Assembly: GCA_965645245.1 (NCBI GenBank)
Contig: OZ287069.1
Location: forward strand, 1,798,001-1,862,000
Origin: Massalongia carnosa
Lineage: Eukaryota
Reading direction: 5' to 3'
DNA: 64,000 nucleotides
The notes under the pieces were generated by a model that ran no database searches, was not told the DNA's origin, and was given only the letters and a program-made list of their open reading frames with translations. The translations under genes and the position numbers were made by a program. This document shows positions 50,101 to 59,623 of this stretch, one piece after another; positions within the stretch are counted from its first letter, which is position 1; each line of letters starts with the position of its first letter.

Positions 50101-52604
50101 TTGAAACAGTGATAGACTTTTTCTTTGGTTTTCTTACAGTTTTGGAAGTCTTCTGGATACTGGTGGCTGCCCTGGAGGTAGATGAACGAACTATTGCAGA
50201 CAAACGTACTTTAGGGGCAGAGCTTGGAAGATCGAACTCGTCTTCATCGTTATCATTTAAGTATTCGGCTCGAAAAACTTCCCCCCGGACCATATTGTTA
50301 TTAGTACGTGAAAGCTCACCCTTTACCGTGTGGTTTTTAGTGGATAAGGGAATTATACGTTTCAATTCCAGCCCCTCATCATCGTCTTTCTTATCATAAG
50401 TTCTAATAGCCTCTTCACACAATGGTTCAGACATCTTTAACAGCCCAACGGGGGGTTCGTCGATATCTCCGTGCGCTTGCTGACTTAGCCTCGTAGGTTG
50501 TTGGTCATTTTGCGTTCCTTTAGCCATGTCATGCTGTTCAAATTGTCCAGGTCTCACACGCATCTTGCCGCTTTTGTCGAAAGGCGGGCTGAGATGATTG
50601 AGCGGTCTTCTATGGAAGATTGCGATATTTGACATTGTATGATGTTTGGTAGCGTCCTCTCCCTCTCGTTCAGCCAAACCATTTTTGAAAGGAGTGTAAT
50701 CTTTTAATGACGCATCGCAGTCTCTTGTCGGAGAGCGTAAAGGATTGTTTGACACTGATTCGCTATCTGGCGGTGACACACCATTAAGCCCGCGTGTAGG
50801 GGTCTCCACTGCATTCTTAGACATGTGCTGGAATATGGGCTCAATATTCATCGAGTCGGCACCAATCGCTTCTGATTGGTCGAGCCTAATAGGACTTGTT
50901 GCCCTCATAACCATAGATATTTGTGGTGCATCCTTCTGATATTTAGCATTTGTCCAAGGGGGATCCCCTAACTGTACATCATTCACTCGTCCATAACCGC
51001 CATTGCCGAAGGAAAGGATCGCCACCGAAGTCATCGACTTCTGATGAAGTTGAGAATCTGCTTGAACCGCCCCGTTCACCATGTTACCAGGAAAAGCTTC
51101 TGCTGGCTGTGCAGCAGGATGCTTGCGTGCATCGCCTTGGGAATGCCGAGAAACATTGTTTAATTGAGACAGGTATCCACGGGGATCCTCAGCAAGCCGA
51201 TGGTTAATCCTTGCAAGGCTCTGCAGGACACGGAAAGCAGATTTTGCTAAAGTAAAAGCCAGTCTGATTGAGTCGGCAGAGCATCCACGAGCATTGAGGT
51301 AGAATGTCTCCTCGGTTGATTTAAATAACCATATTGTAAGGTAGTTCATCGGCGACGAGATGACCTTGGACGGATGATCTTCTACCTCCGTGGTAAACCG
51401 CTCGATTCTATTGGCTGGAATATCGAGGTAAACCGTCGTGGTTGTCATGGACGCTGGAATCACAATATTCAGCTCCTCGGATACTATAACTGGTATCCCG
51501 CTTTGTTCATTGAAAGAATACGTCGTTTCTCCAATGGAGACATCGTAAGCAAATACCACTTTAGAGGTTCTGTTGCATGGTTAAAGGGAACCCAGTTCAC
51601 CGGTTGGCCTACTTACTCTCTAGCGACTGGACTCTGCGGAATCGTCTTCTCTACAAAACCCTCGAAGTCCACAATCCATTGAGATAGCTTGCCATTGGCC
51701 TTGGGAAGCTGTCCGAGTATTTTGAAGTTGGATGGTGAAGGCCAGAGCTCCTTCGTCAGTGTACCGTGAGGCCATATCTCAAAAATAATGAATCCGGCTA
51801 TGGTTTTCAGAGTTGGAAATGATCCGCTAAGAATAAGGCTGCCTAAGCATTGCCTGGGTCAATCTTATCATTAGTGGCCGAAAGACCAAGCCTAAGGGTA
51901 AGCTTGCCATGTGTCTTTCGCCTCCTCGAGCAACAGTTCTCTGTTTTCATCACACCCCCTCACCAGTTCCAATGCAAGGATCCCCATCTAATGGGCAAAG
52001 GATTAGCTCTCGTAGCGCGACTCGTTCCGAAGCCTTACCGCTCTTCTAGTCCACCATGAGACCTCCGATTTTACCAAGGATTGAAACAGGAAACTAAGAG
52101 CTTTGCCCCCAAGTTTGACTTTTTTTTCCGCTTGCATGCTGCTCTCCAAGGGCGAGGCCATAGGGTTTTTATGTAGAGATTGCTATGACGGTCAGCCTGC
52201 AAATTGTAGGTTCTAAGAACCTCTCGTACCGTGAGCAAGTACAAGCCCCTCTGGTATGCTAAGCAGTCCTCAGATAGGCTTATGATCTGATACACCACCA
52301 GGAATGCTGATAGGTCGAGGCGACGACAGATAGTTGTTCCGTCATGATCGCATGCCGCCACAAGGGCTTCCACATAGGTTGTGGGTATATCGTCTCGTTC
52401 CGATAGGTACCGTCTGGTATTCTTTAACGTATTCACTGGCATCCTATTTTTTGTATATTATGACTGGAACACGGCTGTCTGCAGGGACTGATTACTTGAT
52501 ACAGGGACTACTTACTTGATATTCGCCGTACTTTCACGAGACTGGTGTAGAACGCCAATAAAGCCTTGTAGAGATGCAGGCATTCTACGCACCAAACTCG
52601 CCAT
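47151..52604 (-). CDS. Large (about 1708 aa, 7 exons) protein; candidate meiotic chromosome-axis core protein (Red1/Rec10/SYCP2-like)
   Basis: Exons 52604-52516, 52443-52230, 52182-52039, 51987-51908, 51853-51617, 51569-47519 and 47462-47151 sum to 5127 nt in frame. Architecture: helical N-terminus, beta-rich PH-like segment, long disordered middle, C-terminal coiled coil. The gene model is well supported; the function is inferred. Confidence 0.7.
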
Positions 52605-53034
52605 TCTTGTTTGTGGAAACCGAATGGCTGGATATCTTTAGGTATGAAAAGCTAGCCTACAACGTAGCGAAGCTATCGTTGCAAATGGGGGGGGGAGGGG
52701 GAAATTGAGTAAGTACACTTTGCAGCTGCAGCAGCAACGAAGAAGAACAGAAGTTATATCTCGTCTAATGCAGAATAAGATTCCATGCATCAAGAAGGTA
52801 AAGCAAAGGCTCTTTCAAGGCGCAAAAGTACTGAATAGTTATCCAGGTGTGGAGTGTAGGTAGGTTGAGGTCCCGGAAGGTAGGGGGACGAGTTTTGATT
52901 TTTTTATCAAGAACAGTCCGTTAGGGTTAAAGAACCAGGTATGTGCCAGGGTATCTTAGGAGCCTGCCTAGCATGATGCCTAAGTAGATACCTGTGATTT
53001 TATCCAACTACCTGTCTACCTAGAGCCCTTTCTT

Positions 53035-53054
53035 ACGCGTTACGCGTTACGCAT
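53035..53054. promoter_or_regulatory. Tandem MCB boxes (ACGCGT x2 plus ACGCAT)
   Basis: ttACGCGTtACGCGTtACGCATtac, about 430 bp upstream of ATG 52604. Confidence 0.5.
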
Positions 53055-53472
53055 TACACAAAGACCAAGAAAAGGACCGCTAGAGGAAAGACAGCAGTGA
53101 AAGCAAGATGTAAAATATTAGGCTTGGTGAAGCCCTATAGCTGATGGACGATTCGTGATCGAAAGACCCAAGGTACGAATGAACCAGACTAGCCTTTCAT
53201 ATCCCATATAGCTCGCTGGCGATTGATGGGATCCTTTGCTAATCCAGAACAGAAAACCCAGGGCAGAAAAGGCTACAGCACCTAATCATGAGGGAGTTCA
53301 CCCCGCAATGGGATCATGCCTTGATGGCCTATATAGGACACGGGCAAGACATCTTCCTCTGGATGTCCTGTGCCTCGAATCCCGGGCTTCCTCGGTACGA
53401 CAATGGTACCTCAGGGTACAAATATGGACAAGGTAAACATATAGGTCATTTGATGAGTGAAGCTACTGGCTT

Positions 53473-54375
53473 TCAGGACAGGATATCCCGTTGCAGATCT
53501 AAATCTTTGAATGGAGACAGTGACACATTGCGGGTGGAAACAGCCGTGGCAAGCATATAATCCTCATCAAACGCTTGTAACTCCATGGCAACGTCTGTCA
53601 CTCTTGCGCCCTTGAAGAAGATGTCATCGACAAGACACGTCTGACCCCATTTCCCGTCTCGGGTGCTTGGCGGCATCTGACTGACAGGGGATGGAACTTG
53701 AACGTTGCGGAACTCTAGGTCTTTTAGCCAAGGTGCCAGCAGAGCTTCCCCGGTCATCTTAACGTATGCTTCCCGGAGACACCAATGGGCGTAGAAATGA
53801 CGAAGTTTGGCTTTGATCTGGTCGGGTAGGTCGGGCTGGCCGGATGGAGAATATGCAATTATATCCGCCACTTCACGGTCTGAGAAGACCACATCGTAGA
53901 CCCTGACCCAAGCATCAAATCCATCCTTCCGGACTGATGCATAGTCTTTTTCCCAGTTCAACTGCACAATATCTGTCCCCAGCTTTTGCGTCTCACCGAC
54001 ACAGCCTACCAGCGCAACCAACGTTCCATGATGCGATATGTTGAACTCGACTTTTAACGCATCCGGGTCTGTTGGTTGGTAGCACGGCTTGCGATTATGG
54101 TCCTCGCTGATAAGCGCTTGAGACCAAGGGACATGGCACGCATGAGCGATGGCATGATGTTTTAGGAGGTGTGAGGCAAGACTGAGTTTCGCGTCTCGAG
54201 GATGATAGAAGCGCAGTACTTTAGCCCTTTCTTCAACCGGAAGTAGACTTAGAGCGTGCTTTGCATCTTCTCCACGAGCCCAACGTGCGGTGGACGTGGG
54301 CTCTTCATCCGAGGTCAGCCAAAGGTGTTGAACGTCTAGGAGCCAACGGAAAACCTTCGGCTTCATTTCGTCCAT
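53473..54375 (-). CDS. npgA: Sfp-type 4'-phosphopantetheinyl transferase (NpgA/Ppt1/Lys5 family)
   Basis: Motifs DAKLSLASHLLK, RKPCY, FNISHHG, LGTDIV and WCLREAYVKMTGEAL. Start taken as ATG 54375. Confidence 0.93.
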   Translation of the reverse strand: MDEMKPKVFRWLLDVQHLWLTSDEEPTSTARWARGEDAKHALSLLPVEERAKVLRFYHPRDAKLSLASHLLKHHAIAHACHVPWSQALISEDHNRKPCYQPTDPDALKVEFNISHHGTLVALVGCVGETQKLGTDIVQLNWEKDYASVRKDGFDAWVRVYDVVFSDREVADIIAYSPSGQPDLPDQIKAKLRHFYAHWCLREAYVKMTGEALLAPWLKDLEFRNVQVPSPVSQMPPSTRDGKWGQTCLVDDIFFKGARVTDVAMELQAFDEDYMLATAVSTRNVSLSPFKDLDLQRDILS

Positions 54376-54834
54376 CCTCTCTTTACCTCGCTCCAAGAAC
54401 AAGCTGGGAGCAGTACAGCACCTTCGATGAGGAATTTCATCAGCAGATGGACCTCATTCTCTATAATATCACGAATCTCCTCCGTGTTTACATCGTATAA
54501 ACAACCATTTCACACGAGAGCTATTCGATAGTTACCGTAGGTATGAATTTCATTCCTTCATGAGAAAGGCAGGCCAAGTGAAGGCTCGGGCGTTCGGCGG
54601 GTCGGACTTTCCTTGGATGACAAAGAAACGCCGTTAATCTATGTACTTAACTGCACATAAAGTCGCGATAGTGGACATTGACAAGTACACGTAGGCAAAA
54701 GGAACGTCGAGCCAGCGGAGATATTGAGTTATAAGAAAAATTCAAGAAAGGGCAGCATAAGTGAGAGAGTAGTTGACTACGGGAGAACGAAGTACAGAGT
54801 ACCAGGAAGCAACAACCAGCTTACTCCTTTCAAC

Positions 54835-55962
54835 ATGCTTTACCCGCCTGCAGCCGACCACGAGGAGGACAATCACGCCATCGCCGCCATCGAGTTAATC
54901 AAAACCATCGTCGCAACACCCAAGTTTACTTATGCAACGAACGAGGTGACACAATGCCTGCCCAGCCCGTCGTTGCAGCGCAAAACTGCATCCTTAACCG
55001 AAACCCCGTTTGACCTAGAAGCGCCTGCGTCGGAGGATGGAGCTCATCTTCACGAGCTCGGTGGAGGACCAGATCCGGAAACGGTCTTTTACCTGGCCTA
55101 TGGCTCCAACCTTTGCGCCGAAACCTTTCAGGGAAAGAGGGGGATTCGGCCCCTGAGCCAGGCCAATGTCGTCGTGCCGGAGTTGGTCATGACCTTTGAC
55201 TTGCCCGGAATGCCTTACCTGGAACCCTGTTTCGCCAATACCAAATATCGCACCGAGAAGAATCCGTCAGGCTTCGAAGGCGACGAGAAAGAGCCTCTCC
55301 TTACCGATTCGCCGACGTCTCGGCGGTATCACAAAACGCGCTGGGACAAGGGTCTAGTGGGCGTAGTGTACGAGGTGACAACGCGAGACTACGCGCACAT
55401 CATCGCTACGGAAGGCGGAGGCGCGAGCTACCAAGATATTCTCGTCGACTGCTACGATCTGCCCCCCGGCGAATCCGTAGTTCCCACCCAACCCACCTCC
55501 CAACCCTTCAAAGCTCACACCCTCTATTCCCCAATCTACCGCCCAGGCTATGCGCTCCTTCGCAAAGACGGCCGCTTATCTCGTCCGGACCCCGATTACG
55601 CTCAAGCCTCGCAACGCTACCTAAACCTTATCACCACCGGCGCCGATGAGCATGCGTTCCCGCAAGAATATAAAGACTATCTTCATCTCATCCGCCCCTA
55701 CACTCTCACCACCTGGCGGCAAAAGGTTGGCCGAGTCATCTTCATGACGGTCTGGTTCCCGTTCATATTCCCACTCTTCGCGCTGAACCGCGTGCTTGCG
55801 GACAAGCGAGGCCGCACCCCCTCGTGGATGCAGGCGCTGATGCGAGCGCTATTCAACTCCGCGTGGGCGAGTTACGACAACGTGTTCAAGCACGTGTTCG
55901 GCGACGGCGAGAGAACTATGAGTATGGACCAGGATGAGGGACGGAAAACCGATGTGGACTAG
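54835..55962 (+). CDS. Gamma-glutamylcyclotransferase, GliK-like, with C-terminal hydrophobic helix
   Basis: Motifs VFYLAYGSNL, FDLPGMPYLEPCFAN, LVGVVYEVT...IIATEGGG and ASQRYLNLITTGADEH. TM-like segment VIFMTVWFPFIFPLFAL. Confidence 0.88.
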   Translation: MLYPPAADHEEDNHAIAAIELIKTIVATPKFTYATNEVTQCLPSPSLQRKTASLTETPFDLEAPASEDGAHLHELGGGPDPETVFYLAYGSNLCAETFQGKRGIRPLSQANVVVPELVMTFDLPGMPYLEPCFANTKYRTEKNPSGFEGDEKEPLLTDSPTSRRYHKTRWDKGLVGVVYEVTTRDYAHIIATEGGGASYQDILVDCYDLPPGESVVPTQPTSQPFKAHTLYSPIYRPGYALLRKDGRLSRPDPDYAQASQRYLNLITTGADEHAFPQEYKDYLHLIRPYTLTTWRQKVGRVIFMTVWFPFIFPLFALNRVLADKRGRTPSWMQALMRALFNSAWASYDNVFKHVFGDGERTMSMDQDEGRKTDVD

Positions 55963-57372
55963 TTGGGGCAGGATCCTCCTCTCCCGCTGAGATTCTGCCT
56001 TCCGAGAGTGGTTCATCCGCACAAGACCGCCAGAAGCATCTTCATGCCACCGGTCCATCGCTGTCCCGAACCCGGCTTGCCTATGCTGCATGGTTCCAGT
56101 ATTCTTCTTGCCAGCATTCCACACCGCACGCCCAACGTTCCTGTTTCCGAAAATCTCAGCGCCTTCAGAACCTGTCTCTCATCAACCCCCCCCCCCCGGT
56201 GGTTCCTACATCACCGCTACTTGCCTATCTTTAATTTCCCCTATTCCAAAAGCACCAAAGCCTCACCAAATTTCTTCGGCTCATTTTGTTTAAATCTCCA
56301 CTTCCCATCCCCTCATCATACGTCCGTCAACTGAGCAAAAACCCTCCACATCTTGGCGCTTGGCGGCTCCCCCGGATAAACATTCTCGTTTCGTTGTATA
56401 TCGCTCCAATCTATAGCTCTTGTCAGCATTTTATTAACTCGATACTTTTCTTCCTCCTACATCGTGATTTTCTTCTCCCCCCCCTTTCTCCATATCCGCA
56501 ACAAGCAAGCGCATTCCTATTTCCCTTCACTCTTTTCCCATATATCGCATCGCCCCCCGCTCCCGCCCCCCAAAAAGCGGAATGGATGGATGCACATCTA
56601 TATACATAACCTTCTCCCTCTTCTCCATACATAAAGCACAACGCATTTTTATATTCCCCTACTCCCATCCTAACCCCCCCTCCTTACAAACAGAAAACGA
56701 GCCAACAGCCCCCCCTTTTTTCGCCTCAACTGCTTGTCACGCTTTACCCCGTGCAAAGCAGGCACGAATCCTCCTGCGCTGGGGGACCGGGGAGGAGAGA
56801 TGGATTATGGTCGGGTAAACTTGGTTGGTAGTTTGGATGGCAGGTTGTTGGTAGGATATTGGTATGGAGGGGCCGGATCGGATATCCCTTCTCTATAGCC
56901 CCTTTGGAGCGTACGTTAAATTCATACATAATGTATATATTTTATACTTTAATACATTATATACATCCACGACCCTCGTGGTCCTCCTAACCCCCTACAC
57001 CGCATGTACAAGCAATGAGCTTGTCCCCAGCCTGATTTCCATCCATCTATCCATCCTTCCTTCCTTCCTTCCTTCCCCTCCTTCGCATGACGCTGCACGC
57101 CGTACGCTGGTTGGTGATCGTTGGCTGAGATTTCCGGGGTTTTTCTAGGTGGGGAGGGGGGGTAAAGGAGGGGAAGCAGTCAGTGCACTGAAAACCTTGA
57201 CGAATCCCAGATTCGGTCGGGCTTAGGGTTCAGGGATGGTTCGCCCCTCCCCTAAAAAAAAGGTCCTTTGTCGGATGGAGCATAAATACACTACAGGATT
57301 TAAAAGGTGTGGATTTATTGGTATAGATTTCTTAATTGAAATTGCTGTGAGGGGGCCAGAAAGACTGTTCCC

Positions 57373-57409
57373 CGCCCTCACGTCCCCACGCCCTCACGTC
57401 CCCACGCCC
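57373..57409. repeat. 16-bp tandem duplication (CGCCCTCACGTCCCCA x2.3)
   Basis: Units at 57373-57388 and 57389-57404, partial at 57405-57409. Confidence 0.85.
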
Positions 57410-57645
57410 CTGAATCGCATTCTTCGAGCGCTTCAATAGTAAAAGCACTTCGCGTTCATCGAGCCCCTCCAAGCTTTCTTCCCCCTCTTTTAACTACACT
57501 GGAAAAGAGAAGGAGGAGAAGAAATGCAAAACCAACACAGACCCGGAGAAATGCGTTTAACCCCCACCTCCTATCAAAGCCTCCTCTCTAATCCCATGCA
57601 AGAAACGCCCAGCTGGGGATGAGGCACCGCGAAGGGTCCCCTTTT

Positions 57646-59623
57646 TCAACCATGCTTAAAGGTCTGCTTCTCGTCCACAAGCCCTTTGTGATGACGACCG
57701 TGCGTGTTCAGCGCGCTCGCGTCAAGACTCATGCCGCGCGTCACATTTCCCTGACGCGGAAGGCCGATTTCGGGGTCGATGACGGAATGGCCGCGCTGAG
57801 CGGCCTGCACGAGCTCCGGGTTCTGCTCCTTGAGGATAGAGAAGTTGCGCTCGGCGTCCCAGTTCCAGATCGAGTCGGCGGCGAAGAGAAGGTTCATTTC
57901 CTCGAGCGTGCGCTGGTTCGACTCTGGGTAGAGGGCCCACACCATCGGGATGGTGAGGACGTTGCACGCGGCAAAGATGTAGTACGTCTTCTCTTGGAGC
58001 GCCTTAAACATGACAGGGCAGAGCAACGTAAGCCAGCCATTGCCGATGGACCAGCCGACCACACCCCACGCGTTACCTTTGGCGCGCACCTCGAGCGGAA
58101 AGATCTCAGCTGGGTAGAGCCATGGGACGGTAAGCCAGGTGGCCCCAAAGGTTGCGGTGAAGAGAAAGATCATGGCCACGGCACCGGAGCTGTAACCGCG
58201 CGCGGCAGCTGACCCTTGAACTTCGTTCTGGCCCAGGCGCGCAAGGCCGCCAGCGAGGAACATGGCTATGCCTTGAACGACGGAACCCCAGTAAAGGGTC
58301 CAGCGGCGCCCGATACGGTCGAGGGTGAAGACGCAGATGAGAGTAGCGATCTACGAAAGGGCTAGGTCAGTACATCGTGGGGGCTTAGGAAGGGGGGGGT
58401 TGGGTTAGGCTTGGGGAATGTACCATGTAGGTGATGTTGTTGAGACCGGCAATCCACTGAACGTCCTTATCGGCGATACCTGCAGTGCGGAAGATGGTAG
58501 GTGCATAGATGGTAACTCCCGCAATGCCAATCCATTCCTGCATAATCTGTAGCCAGATGACCAATTGGACGCGACGACCCGTGTGCAGCTTGCCCGACCC
58601 AATCCCAAACAGCATGGCATAGTATGATTGCGACTTGGCGGTCTTACGCTCGAGATCTGCAATGTTGCGGATATCTTGGAACTCAACTTCGGCCTGGCCA
58701 ACGTCTTCACCGGTTTCGCCGCGGAGGCGGCCTAAGATGTAGCGAGCTTCCTCCTCGCGCCCGACTTTCATAAGCCAACGGGGAGACTCAGGAAAGAACC
58801 AGACGATGGCCAACAAGAATATGAGCGGGATGATCTGGAAGGCAATGGGGAAGCGCCACACGAAGGAGCCATTGCCACCGGTGTAGAACTTGCATCCACT
58901 TGTAGTTTATCGTTAGCTCATATTTCGAGTCAAGCGGTATTCGGAGCTGGAGACGTACAACTCCAGCCAGTAAGCAACCACGACACCGAAGATGTTGAGG
59001 GTAAATTCAATGGCGACGAACTGTCCACGCGATTTGTGTTCCGCAGTCTCCGTAGCCCACACGGGAACAATGGCGTTCAAAATGCCAGTTCCCCACCCGT
59101 TGATCAAGCGAGCTTGAAAATGTTGGTGGGATCAGCGGGTCAAAGCGTACTCTTATCCAGACTATCCGGGTCGATCAACATACCGAAGATCATCCAAACA
59201 TGATTCTGCGCAGAAGTTTGGAGCGAAGCACCGATGATTGCCCATAGCGCACCAAGAGCGATGGTCTTGATACGGCCATATCGATCGCCGAACGAGCCTC
59301 CCACAAGACACCCTACTAGAGTACCAACATAGTAGATCGACACCTTGATCGATTAGTGCTGTGTTAGGGGTTTCGACAGAGGTTATACATACGATTCCAC
59401 CCTGTAGCAGGGTGTTATCAATGACAGGTGCACCAGTATCTTGGTTTCTATGGCCAAATTTCATGGTTTTATAGTAATAATCGGGAGCGTTGTTTACACC
59501 ACCCATCATGCCCTGATCATAACCGAAGAAGAAGATTGACAAGCCGGCGATGCAGTTGATGGCAATCAACAAACTGCGTTTCTGCTGCTTGTGGACCACG
59601 TTCGACCTCGGGATTAGATCCAT
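57646..59623 (-). CDS. MFS sugar porter (STL1-like sugar/polyol:H+ transporter), multi-exon
   Basis: Motifs FFGYDQGMMGGV, GDRYGRIK, VPVWATETAEHKSRG, WRFPIAFQ, PESPRWL, DRIGRR, WLYPAEIFPLEVRAKG and YPESNQRTLEEM. Confidence 0.93.

Noticed and set aside
53473..59623. PPTase, GliK-like enzyme and transporter as a biosynthetic gene cluster
   Set aside because: No backbone NRPS/PKS or tailoring set in the window, and the transporter is a sugar porter.
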